64,000 nt of DNA from Bacteroidota bacterium (lineage in GTDB: Bacteria > Bacteroidota > Bacteroidia > Bacteroidales > FEN-979): positions 9,268 to 73,267 of the forward strand of contig JAPLDJ010000012.1 of NCBI GenBank assembly GCA_026391805.1, read 5' to 3'. The first letter of the stretch is position 1. Each line of letters starts with the position of its first letter. Made by a program: the position numbers and the translations under genes. The notes below the pieces were generated by a model, which was not told the DNA's origin, searched no databases, and saw only the letters and a list, made by a program, of their open reading frames with translations. This document shows, piece after piece, positions 7,501 through 17,587 of the stretch.

Positions 7501-10446
7501 TTATTCAACTGAAATTTCATCAGCAAAGATCCACGCTTTGCTGCCGGCTCCGGGATGCCAGGAAGGACATACGCCACGGTTTTTCCCGACCACATGTACA
7601 TAGCGTGCATGAGTATTCTCAGGCAGTTTAATTGAAAAATCACGGGTTATAGAGTTTTCCTGTGTTTCGGGAACATAGCATTTAAGGGTTCCTGCATCTT
7701 TGAAAGTTTTTCCATCCTCTGAAATGGAAAACGAAACCGTAAGCGGAAAGAAGATCCACGAACCTTCATCCTGGAGAAATCCTGCAGTTATTGTATGAAT
7801 GACCTGGCTTTCTCCAAGATCCACTAAAACATCAAGGTCAACACCCTCATAGCCTTGCCACGAGCCGGTGCGGAAATTCTCTGAGCCTTTCTCGAAATCG
7901 ATCAGCGCAAGGTCGCCGCCTGCGGTATACTGAGGCGAATAGCCGGTGTTGAGCTTTATTTTCCGGTTCTTCGGGATCTTCTGAAATGTGGCAGTTATGG
8001 TCTGGCTTTCAGGCAGTCCGTAAGAAACTGAAAATGCTTTCAGTGTGACGGAATGGTTAATCCTGACAGGAGCAGCATATTCTGTTGATTTCTTCGAAGG
8101 ATCACTTCCGTCAAGCGTATAATAAACCTTTGCCCCGGGTAACGGGTTACCGAGGCGAATGGTGGTGGTGTCTGTGAAATTTTTCCTGGCATTATCAATA
8201 AAAGGAACCGGGGTAATCAGGTTATCCGTGATGGCAGAAACAGGGAAATCACCGGGATGGCTTCCCCATTCTTTATTGGAAGAAGATCCCATGGTGAAAG
8301 TGAGTTCGCCTCCGCTTATGATCTCCTTATGTTCGATATAGCATTTGTTAAAAGGAACCCCGTTCAGCTTTGCACCGGTGATGTAAAAATTCTTGTCGGA
8401 TAATCCTTCCGCCCGGACCGTGAATGTTTTTCCGTTTTCCAGGTGGATCGTAAGCTTCGGAAACATTGGCGTTCCGATAGCATATACCGTTGAACCCGGT
8501 GTTACCGGATAAAAGCCCATGGCACTCATGACGTACCATGCCGACATCTGCCCGCAGTCCTCATTTCCGCATAGTCCGTCGCGTTTGTTGGTATAGAAAT
8601 CAGTGCAGATCCGGTGCACAAGCTCCTGTGTTTTCCAGGGCTCACCGGCATAATCATACAGGTAAGCCATGTGGTGGCTGGGTTCATTCCCGTGTGCATA
8701 TTGCCCGATCAAACCGGTAATATCCGACTGGTTGCGGCCGGTGGTCTTTGAATCGGCCGTAAACATTGCGTCTAACTTACGGGCAAATTTTTCTTTTCCG
8801 CCGTGAAGCCGGATCAATCCATCCAGATCCTGCGGGACATAAAAGCTGTATTGCCAAGCATTCGCTTCGGTATAATTGAAGTTGACCTCAGCCGGATCGA
8901 AAGGGGAGTGCCAGGTGTTGTTCATCTTTGCGCGCATGAAACCGGTTGACGGATCAAAAAGATTCTTATAAAACTGGGCTCTGCGGATGTAGGTCTTATA
9001 ATCTTCATGGTTCCCGAGCGCCTGAGCGAATTTCGCAATGCACCAGTCGTCATAGCTGTATTCAAGTGTTTTCGAAACCGATTCACCTTCTTTGTCCCCG
9101 GGAATAAAGCCCATGGATTTAAAATATTTCAAACCGAGCCTGTCCTGTTCAGCGCTGTGTTTCATCGCTTCAAGCGCCTTCGCGGCATCAAAATCCCTGA
9201 CGCCTTTCATGTAGGCATCCACAATCACAGGAACTGAATGATAACCGATCATACAGTCTGTTTCGTTGGCTGAGAGCTCCCACACCGGAAGAATTCCGCC
9301 TTCATCAAACTGAGCAAGGAAGGTCCGGATGAAATCATTGTCACGTTTTGGCTGTGTGAGAATATAAAGCGGATGTGCGGCCCGGTAAGTATCCCACAAG
9401 GAAAAGACCGTGTAATAATCAAAACCTTTTCCGGTATGAACTTTCAGATCACGCCCCCTGTAACTGCCATCAACATCCATATAAAGGTTCGGCGAAAGGA
9501 ACGTGTGATAGAGTGCCGTGTAAAAATTGATTTTCTGATCCCCGGTTCCGCCTTCAACCGTGACCTTTCCCAGTTCACTGTCCCATGCTGATGAAGCATC
9601 CTGTGTGATCTTACCAAAATCCCAACCGGGATTCTCTGCATCCAGGTTACTTCTTGCACCTTCAGTGCTGACCGCGGAAATCCCGACCTTCACAAGGACC
9701 TTTTCATCCTTTTCCGTTGAAAAATAAAAAGCAGAAATGAGACTGTCGCCGGTAATCGTCTTCCCCATGTAAAGGATTCCGTCGCTGCTGTTGATTTTGC
9801 AAGATGAAAAGGGTTTCGAAAACCGTGCTACGAAATAGAGGATTTGCCTCCTTGCCCATCCTTCCGAAATGCGGGAACCTTCAACTTCATTCGGAGAAAC
9901 GACCTTCAGCGAAGACTCCAGGACTTTGTCGCGGTGCTTCAGGTCGATAACAATGCCGGCTGTTTTAGCTGCAGGGAACGTATATTGATGAACCCCGGTC
10001 CGGTTGGTAGCAGTCAGTTCCGCCTGGATTTTATAACTGTCAAGAAAGACCTTGTAGTAGCCCGGTTTTGCAGATTCATCGCCGGTTGTCTGATGAATTC
10101 CCGAACGGTATCCGTAATTTGCCAGGCTGACTTCTCCTGTAAAAGGCATGACCAGGATATCTCCGTAATCGGAACAGCCCGTTCCGCTCAGGTGCGTATG
10201 GCTGAAGCCGTAGATCACGGTATCCGAACCGTAATAGGCGGAACAGCCGTCCCAGCCGTCGAGTCGCGTATCAGGACTTAGCTGGACCATGCCGAACGGC
10301 ATGCTGGCACCGGGAAATGTATGGCCGTGACCGCCGGTTCCGATGAATGGATTGACATAGCCGGAAACGGACTCACTTTTCTGGGAGAAAGAAGCTGCAG
10401 CAGAAAGCAGCAATACCGACAATAAAAGAATTCTTTTGTTTGCCAT
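7501..10446 (-). CDS. GH92 alpha-mannosidase with C-terminal Chb-Hex-C-like and discoidin-like domains
   Basis: N-terminal signal peptide; GYVNPFIGTGGHGHTFPGASMPFGMVQLSPDT signature; C-terminal GAKVYYTLDGSDPS module. Confidence 0.88.
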   Translation of the reverse strand: MANKRILLLSVLLLSAAASFSQKSESVSGYVNPFIGTGGHGHTFPGASMPFGMVQLSPDTRLDGWDGCSAYYGSDTVIYGFSHTHLSGTGCSDYGDILVMPFTGEVSLANYGYRSGIHQTTGDESAKPGYYKVFLDSYKIQAELTATNRTGVHQYTFPAAKTAGIVIDLKHRDKVLESSLKVVSPNEVEGSRISEGWARRQILYFVARFSKPFSSCKINSSDGILYMGKTITGDSLISAFYFSTEKDEKVLVKVGISAVSTEGARSNLDAENPGWDFGKITQDASSAWDSELGKVTVEGGTGDQKINFYTALYHTFLSPNLYMDVDGSYRGRDLKVHTGKGFDYYTVFSLWDTYRAAHPLYILTQPKRDNDFIRTFLAQFDEGGILPVWELSANETDCMIGYHSVPVIVDAYMKGVRDFDAAKALEAMKHSAEQDRLGLKYFKSMGFIPGDKEGESVSKTLEYSYDDWCIAKFAQALGNHEDYKTYIRRAQFYKNLFDPSTGFMRAKMNNTWHSPFDPAEVNFNYTEANAWQYSFYVPQDLDGLIRLHGGKEKFARKLDAMFTADSKTTGRNQSDITGLIGQYAHGNEPSHHMAYLYDYAGEPWKTQELVHRICTDFYTNKRDGLCGNEDCGQMSAWYVMSAMGFYPVTPGSTVYAIGTPMFPKLTIHLENGKTFTVRAEGLSDKNFYITGAKLNGVPFNKCYIEHKEIISGGELTFTMGSSSNKEWGSHPGDFPVSAITDNLITPVPFIDNARKNFTDTTTIRLGNPLPGAKVYYTLDGSDPSKKSTEYAAPVRINHSVTLKAFSVSYGLPESQTITATFQKIPKNRKIKLNTGYSPQYTAGGDLALIDFEKGSENFRTGSWQGYEGVDLDVLVDLGESQVIHTITAGFLQDEGSWIFFPLTVSFSISEDGKTFKDAGTLKCYVPETQENSITRDFSIKLPENTHARYVHVVGKNRGVCPSWHPGAGSKAWIFADEISVE

Positions 10447-10452
10447 TAGGGA

Positions 10453-11310
10453 TCAGTGGATTGGAATTTCTAACTCTGCACAAACCGGCAGGTGATCGGA
10501 CGGGTACTTGTCGCCCCGGTGAAATGTTATTATCCTGTGACGGGTGACCCTGATGTTTCCTTTGTTTTTCAGGAAAATAAAATCAATGGAGTTTTCTTTT
10601 TCAGGATTAAAGGGAAAGCCGATAAAGGTGTATTCCGGGCCTTCGGCAGGCATTGCTGAAAGGCTCCTGGTATTTTCAAGCCCCTGCGGTCCGGAAGTAA
10701 GTGTTTTAATGGTATTGCTGCTCTCGGTATCATTGAAATCACCGGTAATGATTGAAGAGTTCGATCCTGCAATCTCAATGATCTTCCTGAGCAGAAGTTT
10801 TGCACTCTCTTCGCGTGCCAGCAGGCTTGCATGGTCAAAATGTGTATTGAAGACGAAGAAGACCTGGCCGCTTTTTTTATTCTTAAGCTTCACCCATGTA
10901 ACGATGCGTGTGCAGGCCGTGTTCCATGACATTGATCCCGGTATCTCAGGTGTTTCAGAAAGCCAGAACGTTGACCCTGCTTCCTTTTCGAAACGGTCTG
11001 TCCGGTAGAAGACCGCGGCATATTCTCCCTTTTCTTTACCGTCATCCCTTCCTACGCCGGCCATCGCATATCCCTTCAGCATCTTCTTCAGATCTTCCGC
11101 CTGGTTTTTCAGTACCTCCTGAAGGCCGATGACATCGGGTCTTTCCGCTTGCATCACTGAATCCAAAAGGGGGAGGCGCTTCTGCCATCCGAATTCGCCG
11201 TCGGCGGGATTGTCGTAACGGATGTTGAAGGTAAGCACCTTCAATTGCGTTTGACCGGAAACTGTGAAAACCAGGACAGAAAAGAGAAGCTGGATGATAT
11301 ATTTTCTCAT
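10453..11310 (-). CDS. Endonuclease/exonuclease/phosphatase (EEP) family protein, secreted
   Basis: LKVLTFNIRYDN, GLQEV, GDFND and SDHLPV motifs. Confidence 0.8.
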   Translation of the reverse strand: MRKYIIQLLFSVLVFTVSGQTQLKVLTFNIRYDNPADGEFGWQKRLPLLDSVMQAERPDVIGLQEVLKNQAEDLKKMLKGYAMAGVGRDDGKEKGEYAAVFYRTDRFEKEAGSTFWLSETPEIPGSMSWNTACTRIVTWVKLKNKKSGQVFFVFNTHFDHASLLAREESAKLLLRKIIEIAGSNSSIITGDFNDTESSNTIKTLTSGPQGLENTRSLSAMPAEGPEYTFIGFPFNPEKENSIDFIFLKNKGNIRVTRHRIITFHRGDKYPSDHLPVCAELEIPIH

Positions 11311-11316
11311 TTCGGA

Positions 11317-13839
11317 TCAATAAGTATCGGCAACGGTTTGTATTCTTAACTTGTCTGAGAAAGCGCCGGATTTATCAATGGTTTTAAACTGAACAGTTCG
11401 TGTTTCACCCGGCAGAAGGTCAAAAAAGTTGTCGGAAAAGTTTCCTTTCATTGTTGAAGTGAGCCAGACATTTTTGGCCAGTTTGTCGGTAGATAAAGTG
11501 ATGGCGTAGCCATCCTGTAATTTCTTTACGGTTCTTCTGATCACGGGTTTTTCCAGTTCGAGATCCTTGACAGGCTGGAAATAATAATTATTTCGTGAGA
11601 TATATTTTCCTCCCATCATCAGATCCGCAGTAAAAACAAGCTGGCAGGGGTTAAATATCCTGATCAATTGCCTGAACGGAAATTCATAATATAATTTCGA
11701 AGCGTTGGGTTCAACATGAATGGCCAGGGTGGTATCGAAATGAACATTTCCGCTGAAATCCTGCAGCCTGAGATGAAGGTCAGCCTGGCATTCCTTAAGG
11801 CTGTCGGAAACTACGAAGACTTTCATGGTATTGTCCTGGAGGATGGGTGATACCAGCAGTGTTCCGTATTCATTCTTCAGGAAATAATGAAGCGCTTTTT
11901 CTCGTCCATAATAATCCCTTGACGACCATGAAACAACCGGCCAGCAGTCGTTCAGCTGCCAGTAAAGGGTTCCCATGCAATATGGTTTCGCACGCCGGTG
12001 GGCCTCGATGGCAGTTTTTATGCCTTCGGCCTGGAGTAGCTGGCTCACATAAACATAGGAATCGAAATCCTTTGGCTTTTTGTAGTCGCGAAGCAGGTAC
12101 TCATCGATGGTTTCATATCCCACAGGATGCTTCTGGTGCGACTTCATTACCGGGGAATTAAGCTGCCGGTCGGCAGGCAGCGTGAAATCAGCGATCGTTT
12201 CCAGCGGAGGAAATCCCTGGAAACCGTATTCGCTAAGAAACCTGCCGGTTTTTTCCTTATAGATTGAGAAGGGTTCTTTCCCCCACCAGACGCCCCAGTA
12301 ATGCATGTCGCCCCGTTTGAGACTTTCCGCCCGGCCCCATCCGTAACGGGGGGATGAAAGGATATAGGACCGCAGGGAATCGAATTTTAAAACGGAAGTC
12401 AGAATGGTGCTGCCGAAGATGCCCCTGTAATTGTTCCAGATCTTTGCTGAATCTGCCGGTGAATAGCCGTACTGCTTCTGCCAGCCCCAGTTCTTCCAGC
12501 CTTCGTCGATCTCATTGTTTCCGCACCAGAGGGCGATGCAGGGATGGTTCCGCAGCCTGACAATGTTCTGAATGGCTTCCGCCTGAACATTCCGGATGAA
12601 TTCCCTGTCATTCGGATACATAGCGCAGGCAAACATAAAATCCTGCCAGACAAGGATTCCGTTTTCATCACATAAATTATAGAAGATATCGTTCTCGTAG
12701 ATCCCGCCGCCCCATACACGCAGCATGTTCATCTTTGCATCTTTCACAGATTGGATCAGCGCCTTATAGGAAGAATCCGTGACCCTGGAAGGAAAGTTGT
12801 CCTGGGGAATGTAATTCGCCCCTTTCATAAAAACAGGAACATCATTGACAGTAAAATGAAAGCTGGTCCCTGTTGTATCTGCATCTTCATTGAGCTCCAC
12901 CGTTCGCAGGCCAAGCCTGGTGGTTCCATCCGCGACCTTCTTTCCTGCAAAATAAACCTTATGCTGAATGGGATAAAGGAAAGGTTCTCCCATGCCGTTC
13001 GGCCACCATCGCTTCGGATTCTTTATCTGAAAATTTACCCTTATTACAGAGACCCCGTTCATCACCGGGACCTTCTTTGCTGCAAGCAGGTTATCCTTGT
13101 ACAGAACCTGGATGAATGCGGTATCATCATAGCTTGAGAGCATTGTATAAATACCGGTAAGTTCAGCAAGGGAATCAGTAAGGCTTCTCTGGGTGTACTG
13201 AACAGCCATTACGTTCACATGTTCCCAGCACCGGATGTAGATCGGCCTCCAGATGCCGCTTGTGATGATTGTCGGACCCCAGTCCCAGCCGAAATGGTAG
13301 GCCGCCTTCCTGCAAACCACTTTCTCATCCCCGGGAAGTTTATACCCCAGCTTGTCGTACCGCGATTTATTCTCTGCCGTAACCGCAGGGAATTCGATCC
13401 TGATCTTATTGACCCCTACTTTCAGGATCGGAGCAAGATCGGCATACCAGTCGCGGAACATATTATCAGCAACAATGATGAGGGAGTCGTTCAGGTACAC
13501 ATTCGCGTAAGTGTCAAGTCCCTTGCAGACCAGCTCGATGTGATTGTATTGGAAAACAGTATCGGAGATCATCAGCACCTTCTCATATTCCCAGCCGATA
13601 TCGCTGATCCATTGGATGTATTTTTCATTGTCGCGGTAAAAAGGATCATTGATCAACCCGCCCCGGATCAGGTCGGTGTGAACGCAGCCGGGAACCCGTG
13701 CATCCATCCATTTTTCCGATCCCTGCTTGCGGAATTTCCACCTGCCGCCAAGGTCAATCCGGTTCATGTCCTGGGAAAAAACAGATGCAGAAAGAAGGAA
13801 AAGCAAAACGAAAACTATCGGAAAACGCATATTCTTCAT
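11317..13839 (-). CDS. GH2 beta-mannosidase
   Basis: WKFRKQGSEKWMDARVPGCVHTDL N-terminus typical of beta-mannosidases. ATG at 13839 (MKNMRFPIVFVLLFLL signal) preferred because a -7 box lies inside the longer TTG-started ORF. Confidence 0.85.
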   Translation of the reverse strand: MKNMRFPIVFVLLFLLSASVFSQDMNRIDLGGRWKFRKQGSEKWMDARVPGCVHTDLIRGGLINDPFYRDNEKYIQWISDIGWEYEKVLMISDTVFQYNHIELVCKGLDTYANVYLNDSLIIVADNMFRDWYADLAPILKVGVNKIRIEFPAVTAENKSRYDKLGYKLPGDEKVVCRKAAYHFGWDWGPTIITSGIWRPIYIRCWEHVNVMAVQYTQRSLTDSLAELTGIYTMLSSYDDTAFIQVLYKDNLLAAKKVPVMNGVSVIRVNFQIKNPKRWWPNGMGEPFLYPIQHKVYFAGKKVADGTTRLGLRTVELNEDADTTGTSFHFTVNDVPVFMKGANYIPQDNFPSRVTDSSYKALIQSVKDAKMNMLRVWGGGIYENDIFYNLCDENGILVWQDFMFACAMYPNDREFIRNVQAEAIQNIVRLRNHPCIALWCGNNEIDEGWKNWGWQKQYGYSPADSAKIWNNYRGIFGSTILTSVLKFDSLRSYILSSPRYGWGRAESLKRGDMHYWGVWWGKEPFSIYKEKTGRFLSEYGFQGFPPLETIADFTLPADRQLNSPVMKSHQKHPVGYETIDEYLLRDYKKPKDFDSYVYVSQLLQAEGIKTAIEAHRRAKPYCMGTLYWQLNDCWPVVSWSSRDYYGREKALHYFLKNEYGTLLVSPILQDNTMKVFVVSDSLKECQADLHLRLQDFSGNVHFDTTLAIHVEPNASKLYYEFPFRQLIRIFNPCQLVFTADLMMGGKYISRNNYYFQPVKDLELEKPVIRRTVKKLQDGYAITLSTDKLAKNVWLTSTMKGNFSDNFFDLLPGETRTVQFKTIDKSGAFSDKLRIQTVADTY

Positions 13840-13870
13840 AAGGTTCTGTTGAGAAATGATTTTATCAGGG

Positions 13871-13878
13871 CAAAAATA
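13871..13878 (-). promoter_or_regulatory. -7 box TATTTTTG
   Basis: Reverse complement of CAAAAATA, about 32 nt upstream of the ATG at 13839. Confidence 0.45.
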
Positions 13879-13904
13879 CCAATTTTTCAGCAGGAGCAAT
13901 TTTC

Positions 13905-13996
13905 CTCTGTGAACCTCTGTGTCTTCTCTGTGTAACTATGTGAAACAAAAAATTATTACATGGAGGCTCACTGAGAAGACACAGAGGTTCACAGAG
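13905..13996. repeat. Perfect 24-bp inverted repeat with a 44-nt loop
   Basis: CTCTGTGAACCTCTGTGTCTTCTC at 13905-13928; its exact reverse complement at 13973-13996. Confidence 0.95.
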
Positions 13997-14047
13997 AATA
14001 TCCGGAATTGTGCTAATTTCGATCCGTATTTGCTTTATATTTATTTT

Positions 14048-15214
14048 ATGACTGATATTGATAACCTGAAGAAGGAATTTGCCGGACTATATGGTCCCGG
14101 AGCTGATCCCCTACTTTTCTTTGCCCCCGGCCGCGTCAACCTGATCGGTGAACATACGGACTATAATGGCGGGTTTGTGCTTCCCTGTGCCATACAATAC
14201 GGAACTTACATGCTGATCCGGAAGACAGAGGATGGAATGATAAAGCTGGCTTCTGTAAACGAAAAGGAGAAAGCAACGATTCCTGTGAAGGAACATTTTT
14301 TAAAACATGAAATCCTGTGGTTCAATTACCCCCTCGGTGTGCTGGAACAGTTTAACCGGAAAGGATTTGCGTCTGGAGGGATGGAACTGCTCTTTTCAGG
14401 AGATATCCCATCGGGAGCCGGGCTATCATCTTCCGCTTCGATTGAAATGGTCACTGCATTTGCTGTAAACCATTTGCTCAACAGCAGGCTTGAGATCACC
14501 GAACTTGCCCTGATGGCGCAAAAGGCGGAACACGATTTTGCCGGTGTCAACTGCGGGATCATGGATCAGTTCGCAGTGGGAATGGGAAAGGCCGGTCATG
14601 CCATCTTCCTGAACTGCACTACCCTTGATCATAAAGTAATACCTGTCCAGCTTGGCAGGTACAGGCTGATCATTGCCAATACCAACAAACGCAGGGGACT
14701 TGCCGATTCAAAATACAATGAACGCGTCGCTGAATGCCAGCTTGCATTGGCATTCCTTGCCAGTCGGTTTGAGGTGAAGAAACTAGGTGAACTCGGGTTC
14801 CCGCAGTTCTTTAAAGGGCAGGATGCCATCCCTGACGAGATTATCAGGCGCCGCGCCCGTCATGTTATCTCGGAGAACCAGCGGGTGCTTGCCTCTGTCG
14901 CTGCGCTGCTGAGGAATGACCTGCCTGCATTCGGAGCGCTCATGAATGCTTCGCACGATTCGCTGCGCGACGACTACGAGGTTACAGGGGTTGAACTGGA
15001 TACATTGGTGAATGAAGCAAGAAAGATCCCCGGCGTGGTTGGGTCACGCATGACCGGTGCGGGATTCGGAGGTTGTACTGTGAGCATCGTCCCGGAAGAA
15101 CATGTTCCTGATTTCATTGAAAACGTTGGTAAGAACTATACCTTACAGACAGGCCTTCAGGCAAGTTTTTATATTGCTGAGATCAGTGATGGCGTTCGGC
15201 AGTTAACGAACTGA
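14048..15214 (+). CDS. galK: Galactokinase
   Basis: GRVNLIGEHTDYNGG signature, GHMP kinase motif PSGAGLSSSAS. ATG at 14048 (MTDIDNLKKEF). Confidence 0.93.
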   Translation: MTDIDNLKKEFAGLYGPGADPLLFFAPGRVNLIGEHTDYNGGFVLPCAIQYGTYMLIRKTEDGMIKLASVNEKEKATIPVKEHFLKHEILWFNYPLGVLEQFNRKGFASGGMELLFSGDIPSGAGLSSSASIEMVTAFAVNHLLNSRLEITELALMAQKAEHDFAGVNCGIMDQFAVGMGKAGHAIFLNCTTLDHKVIPVQLGRYRLIIANTNKRRGLADSKYNERVAECQLALAFLASRFEVKKLGELGFPQFFKGQDAIPDEIIRRRARHVISENQRVLASVAALLRNDLPAFGALMNASHDSLRDDYEVTGVELDTLVNEARKIPGVVGSRMTGAGFGGCTVSIVPEEHVPDFIENVGKNYTLQTGLQASFYIAEISDGVRQLTN

Positions 15215-15220
15215 GGGCAG

Positions 15221-15314
15221 AAGTCAGAGGTCAGAGGTCGGAAAATAAATCTGTGTAATCTGTGTAATCTGTGGTGAAAAATAGAGAGGTTGCTTCGCTT
15301 TGCTCGCAATGACA
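15221..15314 (+). repeat. Composite module: GTCAGAG heptamers, AATCTGTGT x3 nonamers, GGTGAAAAAT, GGTTGCTTCG..CTCGCAATGACA
   Basis: Direct reading. The last block is the reverse complement of the flanks of 28086-28124. Confidence 0.85.
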
Positions 15315-15368
15315 ATTAGATTAAAAATTACGTATGTCTTATTTCTTATGACATATTACTTTTTAAAC

Positions 15369-16529
15369 TTAAACAAATAAACCGTTAACCTTAAACAAAT
15401 AAACAGTCATCTGGTCAAACTTTTCCCCCGGTTTCAGGATTGTGTTCGGAAACGCAGGCTGGTTGGGTGAATCGGGGAAGTGCTGCGTTTCGAGGCACAT
15501 TCCGTAATGCTGCTTATAGATCTTTCCTCCCTTGCCTTTTATCGTTCCATCAAGAAAATTCCCTGAATAGAACTGCACACCTGGTTGTGTCGAGCTGATC
15601 TCCACGATCCGACCGCTCACCGGATCTTCAATAACAGCGACAGTAAGATCTGACGAAGTAACATCTTTATTCAGGACATAATTATGATCATAGCCACCTT
15701 TTACCTGGTCAATCCTTGATCCGATGGTTTGCGGGGTACGAAAATCCATGGGAGTTCCCTGAACCGATCTGAGTTCTCCGGTTGGAATAAGTTCATCATT
15801 GACCACCGTATACCTGTCGGCTTTGATTTTCAGCAGATGACCGAGGATGCTGGTATCGGCTTCACGAAGGTTGAAATAAGTGTGATTGCAGAGGTTGACC
15901 GGCGTCGGCTTGTCTGTAGTGGCTTCGATCAGGGTTGTAAGCATGTTTGCATCCGTCAGGATATATGTGACGGTAACATTCAGGTTGCCCGGGTAACCTT
16001 CTTCGCCATCATGGCTCAAATAGGTCAGCTTAAGCCGGGCGGAAATACTGTCGGAAAACTCGCTGGCATCCCAGACAACTTTGTCGAATCCTTTTATTCC
16101 TCCATGCAGACTGTTATTCCCATTATTGATCGCGAGCTTATATTTTTTCCCATCCAGTGTGAATGCTCCTTTGGCAATACGGTTGGCAAACCTTCCGACG
16201 ATGGCTCCGAAGTAAGGAGTACCGGTAAGATATCCTATCAGGCTGTCATACCCGAGAACAATGTCCCCGGTTTTTCCATTCTTATCCGGAACAAGGATGG
16301 AGGTGATGATCCCTCCGTAATTCGAGATCTTTACAACGATCCCGTTCCTGTTTTTCAGCGTATAGAGAAAAACGTCCTTATTGTCGGCTTTCCCCCAGTT
16401 TTCTTTTGTAATTGACATCTTCTGCTGATTATTATCTGACGTTTCTTTTTTTGATTGAAGATTGCCGCATCCCTGGAAAAGGATCACAGGGATTATAAGG
16501 CAAAAGGCACATGGGATAAATCTTTTCAT
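15369..16529 (-). CDS. galM: Aldose 1-epimerase (galactose mutarotase)
   Basis: Lipoprotein-like signal peptide; mutarotase-like sequence throughout (ISNYGGIITSILVPDKNGK, NNSLHGG, YGMCLETQHFPDSPN). Confidence 0.85.
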   Translation of the reverse strand: MKRFIPCAFCLIIPVILFQGCGNLQSKKETSDNNQQKMSITKENWGKADNKDVFLYTLKNRNGIVVKISNYGGIITSILVPDKNGKTGDIVLGYDSLIGYLTGTPYFGAIVGRFANRIAKGAFTLDGKKYKLAINNGNNSLHGGIKGFDKVVWDASEFSDSISARLKLTYLSHDGEEGYPGNLNVTVTYILTDANMLTTLIEATTDKPTPVNLCNHTYFNLREADTSILGHLLKIKADRYTVVNDELIPTGELRSVQGTPMDFRTPQTIGSRIDQVKGGYDHNYVLNKDVTSSDLTVAVIEDPVSGRIVEISSTQPGVQFYSGNFLDGTIKGKGGKIYKQHYGMCLETQHFPDSPNQPAFPNTILKPGEKFDQMTVYLFKVNGLFV

Positions 16530-16549
16530 GATGATTCTGATTATCCTTA

Positions 16550-16557
16550 CAAACGTA
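16550..16557 (-). promoter_or_regulatory. -7 box TACGTTTG
   Basis: Reverse complement of CAAACGTA, about 21 nt upstream of the galM ATG. Confidence 0.45.
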
Positions 16558-16640
16558 CTTCAAATCATCATATTTACCAAAGCGCAGGAAAAAAATCATA
16601 CCGGTTGAAGGAAACTTTCTATTTTTGGCGGTTTAAAATC

Positions 16641-16732
16641 TCCTTTGCGTCCTTTAATGCGTACTTATGTGCTTTAGTGGTTTAATTTTTTACCACAAAG
16701 GCGATTAAGGTCACACAAAGGCGCACCAAGGG
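16641..16732. repeat. CTTTGTG/CACAAAGG-word hairpin element
   Basis: CTTTAGTGGT faces ACCACAAAGG across a TTAATTTTTT loop; more CACAAAGGC words follow. Confidence 0.65.
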
Positions 16733-16756
16733 TTACTAAGAAACAGCAAAAGTTTA

Positions 16757-17587
16757 ATGCTTTTAAAAAACAAAGTCGTTCTAATTACAGGCGCCTCTTC
16801 CGGGATCGGTGAAGCCGCTGCACGTGCCTTCGATAAGGTGGGTGCAAGGGTCGTTCTGGTTGCACGCAGGAAGGAAAAGCTGGATGCAATTGCTTCAACG
16901 CTGAAGGATGCACTTGTCATTCCTGCTGATCTTTCGGATCCCTCAGAGGCCGTCAGGATGATCGATGAAACAGTGGAAAAAGCAGGCAGGATCGATGTTC
17001 TCATTAATAATGCAGCTGCAATTATTGTTTCACCTTCTGAGGATGTTTCAGCAGATGACCTGCTGAAAGCTTTCCGTACAAATCTTCTTTCTCCTGTTGC
17101 AGCGGCCCAGCATGCGCTGAAACTGATGCAGAAGCAGGGCTCTGGCCACATCATCAACATCGGTTCGCCCGGTTATATGATGGGCATTCCATTCTACGCT
17201 TCCTATGTCTGTTCGAAAGCCGCGTTATCAGCCTGGACCCGGACGATCCAGGCAGAATGGGCTGGAAGCGGAATCCATATCAGCGAATATTTCCCGGGTT
17301 ACATCAGTACTGATTCGAAACCGGAATCGAGGATAGGGGAGGTGGAACAGGATTTTCTGATGGAGCAGAAGCAGAATTTCATCACCCGCACATTTGCCAA
17401 ACCGAAGAAGGCAGAAGATGTCGCTGCACAACTGGTCCGGCTTGCCCTAAAACCCCGTCTTTTGGCATATTCTGGATTCGGGGTAAAGATCGGGGCATAT
17501 ATTTCGAACATCTCTTCCTTCAGATTATCGATTGCAAAGCAGATGGCGGAGACGGCGAGGAAGAAATTAGTGAAAAGTGAAAAGTGA
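16757..17587 (+). CDS. SDR-family oxidoreductase
   Basis: TGASSGIG Rossmann motif, NNAA, YxxxK (YVCSK). Confidence 0.88.
   Translation: MLLKNKVVLITGASSGIGEAAARAFDKVGARVVLVARRKEKLDAIASTLKDALVIPADLSDPSEAVRMIDETVEKAGRIDVLINNAAAIIVSPSEDVSADDLLKAFRTNLLSPVAAAQHALKLMQKQGSGHIINIGSPGYMMGIPFYASYVCSKAALSAWTRTIQAEWAGSGIHISEYFPGYISTDSKPESRIGEVEQDFLMEQKQNFITRTFAKPKKAEDVAAQLVRLALKPRLLAYSGFGVKIGAYISNISSFRLSIAKQMAETARKKLVKSEK

Noticed and set aside
13840-13899. Longer TTG-started version of the beta-mannosidase ORF, and similar TTG/GTG extensions of the GRE (4059), M64 (6370), phosphoesterase (19718), galK (13919) and lipoprotein (25396) ORFs.
   Set aside because: The extensions lack signal peptides, run through promoter boxes or repeat elements, or overlap the upstream gene. 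Internal ATGs give canonical N-termini.
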